Positions 49,711 to 60,664 of a DNA stretch of 64,000 nucleotides are shown piece after piece (the first letter of the stretch is position 1; every line of letters starts with the position of its first letter). The notes beneath the pieces were generated by a model. That model was given only the letters and a program-made list of their open reading frames with translations, made no database searches and had not been told where the DNA came from. The stretch is from Acholeplasma sp. (lineage in GTDB: Bacteria > Bacillota_I > Bacilli_A > Acholeplasmatales > UBA5453): assembly GCA_036677365.1 (NCBI GenBank), contig JAVBWN010000012.1, forward strand, positions 32,001 through 96,000, in the 5' to 3' direction. Position numbers and translations under genes: made by a program.

Positions 49711-51564
49711 ATGAAAATATCGAAAACTCGGTTCATGCATTATATCAAAAATGTACCCTATCCAAAAGAAATTGTTAAACGACTTAGGACCCTTGACTCG
49801 GAGATTGAGTTTAACGACATTACTGAATTATTAAAGCTCGAAAATGAGTCACGAAGAAAAATTATACTTGAAACGATGTCGAATATTCTTGAAGAGGATG
49901 CAGATGACATCAGTATTGATACTGACAAGTTGAACGAAAAAGATGCTAAAAAAGATATACTCTCTCCCTATTTAAAGAAGATAGAAGCCTTGGTTGCGAG
50001 AAAAGTAAAAAACATATTTGGTGGTATGGTTGTTCAAGAACAGGACACCTTTGATCAACCATACTATCAAATTGAACAAGATGGATATGATTTTTTCGCT
50101 TTTCTAGATACTCGTCAAGAAGATGAAACAACAGTTCGAATCATTGAAACCAAAGCAACCACATCCAACAAATTTTTAGAACTCAGCTATAAAATCAATA
50201 AGGAATCCTATCCAATATTTATAAAAAACTCACTGGGTGTATGGCAAACCAAAGCAACATTGGGCAGGATTGAAGACAAACAATACTTAAAGAAGATTGA
50301 AAAACTGATGGATAAGAAGGATAGGGCGGGTCAATACGTGTATGATTTGGCTTATCAAAGGTACATTATTGAAAATTCTAATAATAAGAAAAAACACCAA
50401 TACTATTTGGCTGTACTAAACAGTGACTATGTTTTTGATGGAAGATATGATAATAATGGTGAGCCTATATATTCGGATGACATTATAACAATCATAGATT
50501 TAACGGATATCACTGAGCAACTCATGGAGAGTATGAAAAATGATACTGCTTATGTGATTGATATACTAAATCACATGGACTTAGAAGCCATTAAACTCGA
50601 AGAGACATTGATGAAAGGTGATATTTTAATACAATCGAAATATCGAGAACTGATAGGTATAGAATATCCAATCACAGAATTTAATCAATACCACCACGGC
50701 TTTGGTGAAGACAAAATAAGCGTGCAGGATTTAATCAATCAAGGCATTAGAGGCTTTGATCAAATGCCAGAGAATTTTCTAGTTAAACCCAATCAAATCA
50801 TCCAATACAAAGCTTTTATAACAGAACAGCAGCATATTCAAAAAGATGTGATTAGACAGATGATAAGCCAATTAAAGTATCCATTATATCACTTAGACTT
50901 CGAAACATTTCCTTGTCCACTACCTAGATACATAGGTGAAAAACCATATGAGCAATCGGTATTTCAATTTTCATTACATATTGAAACCGAACCAGGCTTA
51001 TGTGATAAAGAAATCAATCATGTGGCGTTTCTTTCAAAAGACCACGAGGATAGAAGAAAAGAGATTATTGAAACGTTGCTTGAGCATATTAAAAACGATG
51101 GAGGAAATATCATTGCCTATCATGCTTCCTTTGAAAAAAAGGTATTATCACGATTAGCAGACATGTTTCCAATATATGCTCAAGAACTTAATCAACTCAT
51201 AGATAGAGCATATGACTTAAAAGACATTATTAAAAACAACAAAACCATAAGTAAATCGTTAGGATTAGGAGAGGATGTAACATTCAACTTCTATGACAAA
51301 AGACAACATGGATCTTTTTCAATCAAGAAGATATTACCTATTTTCAGCGAATTAAGCTATCAAGGCATGAATGTATCTAATGGAAATGACGCTTTAGTTG
51401 GGTATGCATTGTTACCTAAGTTGAAACGTGAAAATCAAAGAGAATACGATACACTATACCATGACATGTTGCAGTATTGTAAACAAGACACATGGGCAAT
51501 GGTGTTGATATTAAATGAATTAAGACAAGTAATTGAAAACAAAGGAGGATACAAGGATGCATAA
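49711..51564 (+). CDS. DUF2779-domain protein (PD-(D/E)XK-like N-part, RNase H/DEDD-like C-part)
   Basis: FLD...IIETKATT, DLAYQ; LDFETF, PYEQSVFQFSLH, YHASFE, SIKKILP, YCKQDT. Confidence 0.8.
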   Translation: MKISKTRFMHYIKNVPYPKEIVKRLRTLDSEIEFNDITELLKLENESRRKIILETMSNILEEDADDISIDTDKLNEKDAKKDILSPYLKKIEALVARKVKNIFGGMVVQEQDTFDQPYYQIEQDGYDFFAFLDTRQEDETTVRIIETKATTSNKFLELSYKINKESYPIFIKNSLGVWQTKATLGRIEDKQYLKKIEKLMDKKDRAGQYVYDLAYQRYIIENSNNKKKHQYYLAVLNSDYVFDGRYDNNGEPIYSDDIITIIDLTDITEQLMESMKNDTAYVIDILNHMDLEAIKLEETLMKGDILIQSKYRELIGIEYPITEFNQYHHGFGEDKISVQDLINQGIRGFDQMPENFLVKPNQIIQYKAFITEQQHIQKDVIRQMISQLKYPLYHLDFETFPCPLPRYIGEKPYEQSVFQFSLHIETEPGLCDKEINHVAFLSKDHEDRRKEIIETLLEHIKNDGGNIIAYHASFEKKVLSRLADMFPIYAQELNQLIDRAYDLKDIIKNNKTISKSLGLGEDVTFNFYDKRQHGSFSIKKILPIFSELSYQGMNVSNGNDALVGYALLPKLKRENQREYDTLYHDMLQYCKQDTWAMVLILNELRQVIENKGGYKDA

Positions 51565-52384
51565 AAATGAAATAGATTATGGTATTTGGGATACACCAAA
51601 TGAAGAAGACATTCTTCAAATGGCTCATGTAATTACACAGTATACGAGATTTATCCATCCAGATATAGTCAAAATAATAGTAGAAGATAATGAAAAAATG
51701 TTTCCAATCTGGAAACCAATGTTAGAAAATTTTGGTGTTATAACTGATACATACATGTGGGATAAAGGGACATGTTTATTTCCAGGAATTAGAAGGCACG
51801 AAGGTGCTAGTGAGATTGCTAATAAAAGAACAAAATCTTTGGATCTCGATAATGAAAATGCGATATACCTCGATGATAATGATTATCCTAAACATCTATG
51901 GTCTTTTATTTTGTTTGGAAAGCAATTTAGTAAAAAAGGACCTATTGGTTATCAATTGGCACATATTTTAGACCACAAGAAGAATAATAATAGACTTGGT
52001 AGTGAACTTGGACTAGATTCTGATATCATTCTACCCGGTTTATTCACTGCTCCGACAAATACCTGTTATGTTCCAATTGAACTTATGAAGCCAACGGATG
52101 GCAATGAGAAATTAAGAAATCTGCTTTTTCTTAAAGCCAAAGACTTGTATAGAGATGTAAATATCTTGCCTAATCAATACATATCGCGAATTAATAATGA
52201 TTCTCCAAAATGGGACATAAAAAATTTCAAGTGGGCTGAGCCAGTTGGGAATATAAATCATGTCGAAGCTTTTTTAGCATATCGTAGGAAGAAAATGGGA
52301 GATTTGTTTAAAAAAAAGTTTGAGTTACAATCAATTGATTCAAATATCAATAACGGTTTAATAATGGAAAAAGACAGTATATAA
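51557..52384 (+). CDS. Hypothetical protein, possible HNH-like nuclease
   Basis: GYQLAHILDHK...FTAPTNTCYVP...KPTD; overlaps the DUF2779 stop; GGAGG RBS. Confidence 0.55.
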   Translation: MHKNEIDYGIWDTPNEEDILQMAHVITQYTRFIHPDIVKIIVEDNEKMFPIWKPMLENFGVITDTYMWDKGTCLFPGIRRHEGASEIANKRTKSLDLDNENAIYLDDNDYPKHLWSFILFGKQFSKKGPIGYQLAHILDHKKNNNRLGSELGLDSDIILPGLFTAPTNTCYVPIELMKPTDGNEKLRNLLFLKAKDLYRDVNILPNQYISRINNDSPKWDIKNFKWAEPVGNINHVEAFLAYRRKKMGDLFKKKFELQSIDSNINNGLIMEKDSI

Positions 52385-52642
52385 AAGTTTTATTACCCAC
52401 GTTTTTACAACTATCTCTTGCGCTATATGTAGTATCAATTAATGTGTTGAAAAATTTATTTGAATCTACGAAATCAATGAATAAGTAACTCAAATATAAT
52501 CGACAATCGCTATAATTTAGCTACTCACATAATAAGTACAAAAATGAAACAATAATGAAATGTATCTTAAGGTAAAATAATTAATGAATCAAACCATAAA
52601 TTGATATCAAAAATTTATTTTAAATACTGAAAGAGGGCACAT

Positions 52643-55138
52643 ATGGATGCAAAAAGCAGTAGAAAACAGGTTTTAGATCAAGTTAGAAAAAATGGTTCAG
52701 ACATTAGATTAGCAAATCCAATATTTAAAAATGACAAAGAAATCGTGTTAGCTGCTATAAAGCAGTATCCTAATGCATTCTATCATGTGCATAAAGACAT
52801 GAAAGATGATTTTGAGGTTGTAATGAGTGCTGTGAGTGAAAGTGGTAGCATGTTAATGTATGTTTCAGAAAGATTAAGATCAAATATCACCGTTGTTGAA
52901 GCCGCACTGAACAATTTTGGAAGAGCTTTAGAATATGTTTTAGAACCACTAAAATCTAATAAAGAAATTGTCACACTTGCGTTAAAAAAATCTGGTTTAG
53001 CGATTGAATTTGCATCAAACGAATTTAAAAATGATCAAGATTTAGTAACGATTGCACTTGAGAACAACGGATGTGCAATAAAGTTTTTAGATCAAAGTTT
53101 TAAGAAAAATAGAGAATATGTCATTAAGGCAGTCAAGAGTAATGGTCTTGCGTTAGAATTTGTTGATGAGACATTTAAAGATGACGAAGAAATTGTCATG
53201 GCAGCCATCAATAAATCTGGTCATGCGATAAAGTTTTCAAGTGATAGATTTAGAAGAAACCTTGAATTGATAAAAAAAGTATTGGAAAAGGGTACTGAAT
53301 ATCTAGGATCAATCGATGAAGATATGATACTCACAAAACCAGTTCTATTAATGAAAAATGGTGTAACTGATGACACTTATAATTATCTTTCTGATGAATT
53401 GAAAAATGATTCAGAGGTTATAAAAAACCTGGTAAGATATAGGGATTATGCATTTCATTCAATACCAGATAAATTCAAAAAAAATATAGATTTCATTTCT
53501 GAGCTTATAGTTAAAGTTAATGAAAGGGTCATCGAACAAATAGATGATAAAATACTTTACAATAAAAGCCTATTGGCAGTTTTGATTGAGAGCAAATTTG
53601 AAAGATTCAGCTATTATATTGAATACAACAAACTACCTATAATATTTAAGAAAGACCCATACATACTATCCTTGGATTATGCTTCAAAACGGTCAAGAGA
53701 TGTATGGCAAATATTTAAAGATGACGATGAATTAATAAGAAAATACATAGATCATTCGAATTATGCTAGCCTATTTAGAAATAATGCGGGGTATATATTT
53801 GAAAAGTATTCTAATGATTATTCAGTGATGTTAGCTATGGTTGGATTACTAGATGAGTATACTAATTCACATTTGAAAAAGATCGGTAATGAGCTATTGA
53901 ATAATATAGATTTTATCTCTAAAGCTGTATCAAAGAATCCATATATTTTAAACTATACAAAGTATTCGTCTGACGCTCATTTTATGATTAATTTGATTAA
54001 ATTTGATCAACAGATGTTCAATTATGCACATGAAATATTGCTTGATAATGAAGAATTTGTATCACAATGCTTACCGTTTATTGAAGATAAAGGATTACTA
54101 TCTCTTATATCTCCGAGACTCAAACAAATACGGGATTTCATTTTACCACTCGTTAGTGTTCGTGGGTATGAGTTAAGATTTGCAGGAAGTCTATTGCAAG
54201 ATGACTATGATATTGTTTTGGCAGCAATCAAATCATCTTCAAATGCAATAGAGTACGCCAGTGAAAGACATCGAAATAATAGAGATTTAGTCATTGAATC
54301 GATAAAAAGATTTCCAAGCTATACTCGAGTTGATTTGTCTAAGTTCAGTGCTGATAAGTCACTGTTTAAGGAGATATTGTCTTTTAATGGGGAATTCATT
54401 CAGCATGCTTCAGAAGAACTTAGAAATGATTTAGAACTTGCTCAAATTGCAATAGAATCTAATGTCAAATCTTTCATATATTTTGGTCAATCATTAAAAA
54501 GTAACTACGATTTTGTATTAACGAATATTCAAAGAAACGCAGCAATCATTGCACAAATGGATGATGAAATAAAAAACAATTTGAATATGCTTAGTCATAT
54601 TATAGCGAAAAATATAAACGCCATTGACTGGATAGAATCAGAGTATATAACTGATGAGTTGTTGGATAAAGTGACTAACTTAATGATACTTGATGATAAG
54701 TCAGACTCTATTTTTAATGAGTCTCCTTCAAAATTGAGCATACATGAAACATGTAGAATACACTCGATCAAACATAAATTCGAACAGTTTCTAGTTATTA
54801 AAATGAAATTAAGCGAAAATCCCGCTGATGAGGCAGAAATTATGTTGGAAGAATCTGATTATGATTATGAGAAGGATGTAATTTCATATGATGTATTATC
54901 TAATAATATTCCAATTTCAAAAGAATATTTTGTTGTAACTTTGTATGGTTCTACAACCAAAAAAATGATTCCATCCATAGTTACCGTGAAGAATCATAAA
55001 GTTATTGGAAATGACATATATCTATTGATTGAAAATAACAGTAAGTCATACTCTTTTTATAATGAATACATGACAAGATTGCTGGATTTGTATCAATACA
55101 AACTAGAAAAGTATTTCAAAATTAAAAGAAATAAATAG
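52643..55138 (+). CDS. DUF4116 repeat protein
   Basis: Many ~25-aa repeats of type NDKEIVLAAIKQ.G.A+.+AS..LK. Confidence 0.85.
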   Translation: MDAKSSRKQVLDQVRKNGSDIRLANPIFKNDKEIVLAAIKQYPNAFYHVHKDMKDDFEVVMSAVSESGSMLMYVSERLRSNITVVEAALNNFGRALEYVLEPLKSNKEIVTLALKKSGLAIEFASNEFKNDQDLVTIALENNGCAIKFLDQSFKKNREYVIKAVKSNGLALEFVDETFKDDEEIVMAAINKSGHAIKFSSDRFRRNLELIKKVLEKGTEYLGSIDEDMILTKPVLLMKNGVTDDTYNYLSDELKNDSEVIKNLVRYRDYAFHSIPDKFKKNIDFISELIVKVNERVIEQIDDKILYNKSLLAVLIESKFERFSYYIEYNKLPIIFKKDPYILSLDYASKRSRDVWQIFKDDDELIRKYIDHSNYASLFRNNAGYIFEKYSNDYSVMLAMVGLLDEYTNSHLKKIGNELLNNIDFISKAVSKNPYILNYTKYSSDAHFMINLIKFDQQMFNYAHEILLDNEEFVSQCLPFIEDKGLLSLISPRLKQIRDFILPLVSVRGYELRFAGSLLQDDYDIVLAAIKSSSNAIEYASERHRNNRDLVIESIKRFPSYTRVDLSKFSADKSLFKEILSFNGEFIQHASEELRNDLELAQIAIESNVKSFIYFGQSLKSNYDFVLTNIQRNAAIIAQMDDEIKNNLNMLSHIIAKNINAIDWIESEYITDELLDKVTNLMILDDKSDSIFNESPSKLSIHETCRIHSIKHKFEQFLVIKMKLSENPADEAEIMLEESDYDYEKDVISYDVLSNNIPISKEYFVVTLYGSTTKKMIPSIVTVKNHKVIGNDIYLLIENNSKSYSFYNEYMTRLLDLYQYKLEKYFKIKRNK

Positions 55139-55257
55139 AAAAAGAATATCTACAAAATTATCTTTTTTTATTATAGATTAATTAGCATTTTGTTGACTGT
55201 TCTATACTAAGACCATTTAGTCATGATACAATCATATTAGATTTGAAAGGATTATTC

Positions 55258-56304
55258 ATGGAGATAGATAATACAAGTAAACTTCATAATAGTGAAGTAG
55301 AAGAAATAAATGTTTCTAGAGAATACCTAAGGATAAATACTGAATATTTATTTAATAGACTATTTACACAAATTTCATACTACAAAAAATTCGATTATAG
55401 AATTGGAAGTCTTAAAGACCAAATAAAAAAATATGAAATATCCGTTGGATTAATCATTACGTTAATGGTATTTATTCTTTTTATAGGAGTGTTTTGGTGG
55501 ATAAAAGTATTGTTACTTTTGTTACCATTTTTCTACGTTATTAAACTTTTTATTAGTATTCACAAAATAAATACTATAGTTAACAAACTAACAACTTCTA
55601 TGAATCATAAAAAAATGAAATTAGTTTTTGAAAAATCCATTTTTGTCACATATATGAAGAATCAAAGTAATCATTCTTATGATTCTCTATATAATATCTC
55701 ATCTAATCATGGATATTTAATAAGAGATAACCATAATCAAATAATTCTGTTTCCGAATTTTGCTCTTGTTATAGATGATAAAAAAATGGATATGTATTAT
55801 GGGGATGCCTTAATAAGCATGACAGCACATCAGTCTCAAGTTTTATCCGATATTTTATCACGAAAACATAAGTTTAGAACCTTATCTTATCAAAAATGGC
55901 AATATCAGCGAAAAGATGGTGGACCTGATCGAAGATATTCAAATAATCAACTGTACAATTTTTACGAATGTAACTATTTAAAAGTGTTTGATTTTTCATT
56001 TGATATTCCAAATGTCAATACATACAACCAGCTACTTAAAGAATGGAAGTTATCTCTTTCATCAGCAGACAATTACAATATCAATAGTAGTCAAAAGAAG
56101 TCCATGAATTTTGACACAATAGCTAACTTATCTAAAGAAGCAATTATTAGATATTTAGTAGACAAAAAAATCATTCATAATGATTATGGCGATATGATTG
56201 AGATTGAGTATAATCGAGACACATATATGATAGACAACAAAGGATTTATTAAAGACTCAAAACTAAATATCATCGATTTATTGGAGGGTTTACTAAATGA
56301 TTGA
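55258..56304 (+). CDS. Membrane protein with KDGGPDRRY motif
   Basis: Two adjacent TM helices; WQYQRKDGGPDRRYSNN; overlaps the helicase start. Confidence 0.7.
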   Translation: MEIDNTSKLHNSEVEEINVSREYLRINTEYLFNRLFTQISYYKKFDYRIGSLKDQIKKYEISVGLIITLMVFILFIGVFWWIKVLLLLLPFFYVIKLFISIHKINTIVNKLTTSMNHKKMKLVFEKSIFVTYMKNQSNHSYDSLYNISSNHGYLIRDNHNQIILFPNFALVIDDKKMDMYYGDALISMTAHQSQVLSDILSRKHKFRTLSYQKWQYQRKDGGPDRRYSNNQLYNFYECNYLKVFDFSFDIPNVNTYNQLLKEWKLSLSSADNYNINSSQKKSMNFDTIANLSKEAIIRYLVDKKIIHNDYGDMIEIEYNRDTYMIDNKGFIKDSKLNIIDLLEGLLND

Positions 56305-59300
56305 ATTGAATAGTATATATAAGAGTTATAAGCAAAGACTTGTTAGTATTGACTCTAGAAATAGTTCCTTTTTTCTATCTAAACTATTACCAAAAAGACA
56401 TATAGACTTAACAAAACTTGCCACGAACCTTAACCATTTTGACGATTTGGAAAATGGATTGATTGAGTCCAAATCCATAACATTGTCGAAGTTAGAGATT
56501 GACAAAGATGAATTATTGGAAATATTCACTAATTATGAAGAAGATTACAGGGAAACGGTAAGAGAGATAATACCGACTTTCAAAGATTCTGATTTTGAAT
56601 ATTATGAAAAACTTTTAGATAAAAGGGAAAGTGACATAAAAATTGAACTATTCATAAAACAGCTTTTGAGCAATTATGAATCGGACTCTTTAAAACTAAT
56701 ACAACAATTTTCAAGACTCGATAAACAAGCAAAAGCCATAGAACGTGACATTGGGAAAAATGATTTGTATTTAGGGTTTCCCTTCATAGAAGGAAAATTT
56801 CAAAATGGTAAGAACTTTAGAGGTCCTCTTATTTTACAGCGTGTTAGCCTAACCGATTACAGTGACTCGGTAAAAATCGATATTCAATCCGAAGGTAAGA
56901 TTATTAATCCTGTTTTTTTATTGTCATATTTAAATGAGAATGGGAAGGAATACAGAAGATTTGAATTTGAAATTCCTGATCAATCAGAGGATTATATTGA
57001 GTACACAATGGATTTTTTGAACAAGAACAATATCAATATTAGAAAAGTTCAAAAACGTTTTGAAGTGATTGAAAGTCTTACAAAGTCAGAATACGAAAAA
57101 AAATACTTTAATGATATCAACAAGTTTGATATTAAATTCTATGCCGTTTTAGGATTGTTCCCTATTTCGAGTAGAAGTATATATGATGATTTAGATTATC
57201 TCGATAAAAACCCCAAAAAATCATCTGAAACACTTGAGAATTTTTTTAACGGTTATAAAAATTTCGATGATGAATTTGATGATAAGACACCTAAAGAGTC
57301 GATGATTAAGTATATCTCACCTTTAGATTGGAGCCAGAGAATTGTCGTAAAAAATGCATTAGAAAAAGATTTAGTTATTGAAGGGCCCCCTGGCACAGGC
57401 AAATCACAGACTATTGTAAATATAATTGTAAATCTGCTTTTGCAAAATAAGAAGGTTCTCGTTGTATCAGAAAAGTTAGCTGCGATTGAAGTTGTCTATA
57501 ATAGATTAGGAAAATTGCGTGAGAATACTTTGATTATAAAGGACTATATTCGCAATAAAGAAGATTTCTTCAAACAAATTATTGACACTAAATCAACACT
57601 GAATAATTATGACGAAACATATTCCTATAATCATTACTCAGATACCGTAATTGATGAATACTTAGGAGTACTAAAAAAGATTAATAAAAAGGAATACTAT
57701 CAAGGTAAAAGCATTAATGAACTGATTGAGTTCACTAAGAAACACAAAAATTATTCTTTGAGTATTGAACAAAATATTATCCTAAAAAAACTAATCAATT
57801 TTTATGTAAGTAAAAAAAAGTCAATTGATGACCAAGTATTAAGATTAACCTATTTAAGTTCTAGTGTTACATTAGACAAGTTAGAGTTCTTCTTAAGTAT
57901 GAAAAACACAGAAATATTCAAGACCTTAGGCTTCCAAGGTATTCAGTTTTTTTCTACTCAAACAGAAGCGAATCAGCGAAAGGAATTTATACAGTATAAC
58001 TACTATTTGAGCAAGACTAATAAACCGCTAATTGACAGATTTGATGATGTTTGTTTTAATGCTGGTTTAGAACCAAGGATTTTCACGTATACTGCACTAG
58101 AAACCTATGTGAACAATTTGTATGCAAAAATTAATCTACACAAAAAGTCTTTGTTAAAGATTACAGATCCACTTTATGCTGAACTGTCTTTCGATAAAAA
58201 GAAAGTAGATATTGCAATACAATATCCCAATATAAATAGAAATGAGTTAGCGTTAAGGATTAAAAGATTGAAAGAGCCGAATTACAATCAAACATTCATT
58301 CAGAAGCTATTTAGAAAACCAATCGAACTCTCAAATGAAGAAGAAAATTTTAAGGAATACCTTGAAAATTACGGCGATGTAATTGATCGTTTGGCTTTAA
58401 AAGAAATACATGGGGACATGTTAAAAGTAGATATTGTTATTGCTAATGAGTATTTAAATAGAAATTATAATTCTGTCTCAAGTTTGTTCGGAATGCTTCT
58501 AAATTCAGATTTGGTTCAGTTTAAAGATGGAAGTTTTGATCGAGTTTTTGATTTGTACAAATCTTCTTTAACGTCCATAAATATTTCAGTATATAATGAA
58601 ATGAGTTCTTTGATTGAAGAAGAAATTTTATACATAGAAAAGTGTAATAATCTCCCAGTAAATGATGATGATTTTAAGCAATTTATTCAATATTTAAACA
58701 TTGATCACCATACACTAAATGAGTTGATTATGATTGAAAGCTATTTGCAAGCTTTCGATTCAAACTATAAAAATGTCACGAATAGTTTAAATGATAAATA
58801 TAATGACTCCCTGAACATGGTTTATAATCACATGAAGAAAAGTCTAAATCAAGTTTTTAGATATAACAACGATCTTTATCGTGAATATAACGCATTGATT
58901 GGTCAAGCAGAACTTAAGAGACGCAAATCGATTAAGACAATATTTGATAGATATGGTAAACCGATATTATCTATATTTCCAGTAATATTGATGACACCTG
59001 AGGTAGTTTCCACTGCTTTCCCAATGCAAGAGGGACTTTTTGATTATGTAATTTTCGATGAAGCTTCTCAAATGTTTATTGAAAGAGCTGTCCCAGCAAT
59101 TCATAGAGCCAAAAGAGTGATTATCGCAGGTGATTCTAAGCAATTAAAGCCTTCGTCCACATTTCAAGCTAGATTAGCGGAATCTGAAGAACTAGACGAT
59201 GATGAGAATGTAACTAATCTTGAATTAGAAGCATTGGACAAAGAAAGCTTGCTAGAAATGGCAAAAGAAAAATATACAAGCAAAATGATTCAATTTCATT

Positions 59301-60337
59301 ATCGATCAGAACATGAAGAGTTAATCGAATTCTCAAGTGCAGCTTTCTATGAAGGAAAACTCTTTTTCGCTTCCAAAATAAATGGTGGAAAGTGGAAAAA
59401 ACCGATTGAGATAGTTAAGGTCAGCGATGGGCTTTGGACTTCTGAAAACACTAACCCTGTTGAAGCAGAATCTGTTGTAAAAATCGTGTCGCAATTACTT
59501 AATAAACGAAAGTTCAATGAAACGATAGGTATAATCACATTTAATATTAAACAAAAAGAACTTATACAAGACATGCTTCTAGAATCGGATAATAGACTAA
59601 TTAATTTGGAACTTAATCGAGTAAATCCACAGACTGGCGACGATGAAGGTCTTTTTGTTAAGAATATAGAAAATGTTCAAGGGGATGAACGTGATATCAT
59701 CATATTTTCAATTGGGTATGCTAAGAATAAAGATGGTAGAGTTAGAGCTCAATTTGGGCTCCTCAATCAATCTGGTGGAGAAAATCGTCTTAATGTAGCA
59801 ATTACGCGTGCAAAGAAAAAAATCATTGTGGTAAAATCTATTGAATCAGATGAATTACAAGTAAATGAACATATTCCGGGACCAACAAGACTAAAACAGT
59901 ATTTGAAATTTGTCGAACTGGTGCATAGCCAAAAAAGTGAAGATAAAAAGATTTTACTAAACTCGATTTGTGATTCAAGTTCTATATTTCATGAAAAAAT
60001 TCAAACTTTTGATTCACCATTTGAATTGGAAGTATTTCAAGAAATATCTAGGATTAAACCATCGAATATTGAACTTAGAAACCAAGTCAACGTAGGTGGA
60101 TTTCTAATTGATATTGCACTATACGACAAAGATTTAAACAAATTCATTCTAGGCATAGAATGCGATGGTTATCAGTATCATTCCAAACCTGAAGATGTTG
60201 AAAGGGATTTCCATAGACAACAATATTTGGAAAGTAGAGGTTGGCAAATTCACAGAATCATCAGTACAAATTGGTTTAGAGATAAGTTATCTGAAGTAGA
60301 AGTTGTGAAAACTTTAATGGGTTCGACTGTATCCTAG
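56297..60337 (+). CDS. DUF4011 / Upf1-like SF1 helicase / Vsr-like nuclease fusion (Hhe-like)
   Basis: RLVSIDSRN, LYLGFP; GPPGTGKSQTI, FDEASQ, GDSKQLKP, HYRS, ENVQGDERD, RLNVAITRA; FDSPFE, IECDGYQYH, LESRGW. Confidence 0.88.
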   Translation: MIELNSIYKSYKQRLVSIDSRNSSFFLSKLLPKRHIDLTKLATNLNHFDDLENGLIESKSITLSKLEIDKDELLEIFTNYEEDYRETVREIIPTFKDSDFEYYEKLLDKRESDIKIELFIKQLLSNYESDSLKLIQQFSRLDKQAKAIERDIGKNDLYLGFPFIEGKFQNGKNFRGPLILQRVSLTDYSDSVKIDIQSEGKIINPVFLLSYLNENGKEYRRFEFEIPDQSEDYIEYTMDFLNKNNINIRKVQKRFEVIESLTKSEYEKKYFNDINKFDIKFYAVLGLFPISSRSIYDDLDYLDKNPKKSSETLENFFNGYKNFDDEFDDKTPKESMIKYISPLDWSQRIVVKNALEKDLVIEGPPGTGKSQTIVNIIVNLLLQNKKVLVVSEKLAAIEVVYNRLGKLRENTLIIKDYIRNKEDFFKQIIDTKSTLNNYDETYSYNHYSDTVIDEYLGVLKKINKKEYYQGKSINELIEFTKKHKNYSLSIEQNIILKKLINFYVSKKKSIDDQVLRLTYLSSSVTLDKLEFFLSMKNTEIFKTLGFQGIQFFSTQTEANQRKEFIQYNYYLSKTNKPLIDRFDDVCFNAGLEPRIFTYTALETYVNNLYAKINLHKKSLLKITDPLYAELSFDKKKVDIAIQYPNINRNELALRIKRLKEPNYNQTFIQKLFRKPIELSNEEENFKEYLENYGDVIDRLALKEIHGDMLKVDIVIANEYLNRNYNSVSSLFGMLLNSDLVQFKDGSFDRVFDLYKSSLTSINISVYNEMSSLIEEEILYIEKCNNLPVNDDDFKQFIQYLNIDHHTLNELIMIESYLQAFDSNYKNVTNSLNDKYNDSLNMVYNHMKKSLNQVFRYNNDLYREYNALIGQAELKRRKSIKTIFDRYGKPILSIFPVILMTPEVVSTAFPMQEGLFDYVIFDEASQMFIERAVPAIHRAKRVIIAGDSKQLKPSSTFQARLAESEELDDDENVTNLELEALDKESLLEMAKEKYTSKMIQFHYRSEHEELIEFSSAAFYEGKLFFASKINGGKWKKPIEIVKVSDGLWTSENTNPVEAESVVKIVSQLLNKRKFNETIGIITFNIKQKELIQDMLLESDNRLINLELNRVNPQTGDDEGLFVKNIENVQGDERDIIIFSIGYAKNKDGRVRAQFGLLNQSGGENRLNVAITRAKKKIIVVKSIESDELQVNEHIPGPTRLKQYLKFVELVHSQKSEDKKILLNSICDSSSIFHEKIQTFDSPFELEVFQEISRIKPSNIELRNQVNVGGFLIDIALYDKDLNKFILGIECDGYQYHSKPEDVERDFHRQQYLESRGWQIHRIISTNWFRDKLSEVEVVKTLMGSTVS

Positions 60338-60664
60338 TGGCCTAAGCGAAAAAGACTTACGAATGCTTTTCTTATGTACACATAATTGCTAATAGATAAA
60401 TAGAAAACCTAGGTTTGTTAATATGGTTGTTTTTCTATAGACGATATTTTATATGGAATTTTTAATAAATCTTTATAAGTAACATAATAAATCAAAAATA
60501 CATTTGAAAGAGAGTATTTTATGTGAGATGATTTTACCGTATTTTGATGTACTAAAAAATCGTTGTATAGATATCAAGTTAATGATAAAATTTAAGTAGT
60601 ATTCTATAATTTGAAATAGTCATCTGTAACAGTTTTATAAAATATTGGATGGGGAGGTATCGAT

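Noticed and set aside
60338..60664. Riboswitch upstream of the viperin-like operon
   Set aside because: Only a weak imperfect inverted repeat near 60400-60438 and no recognisable aptamer.
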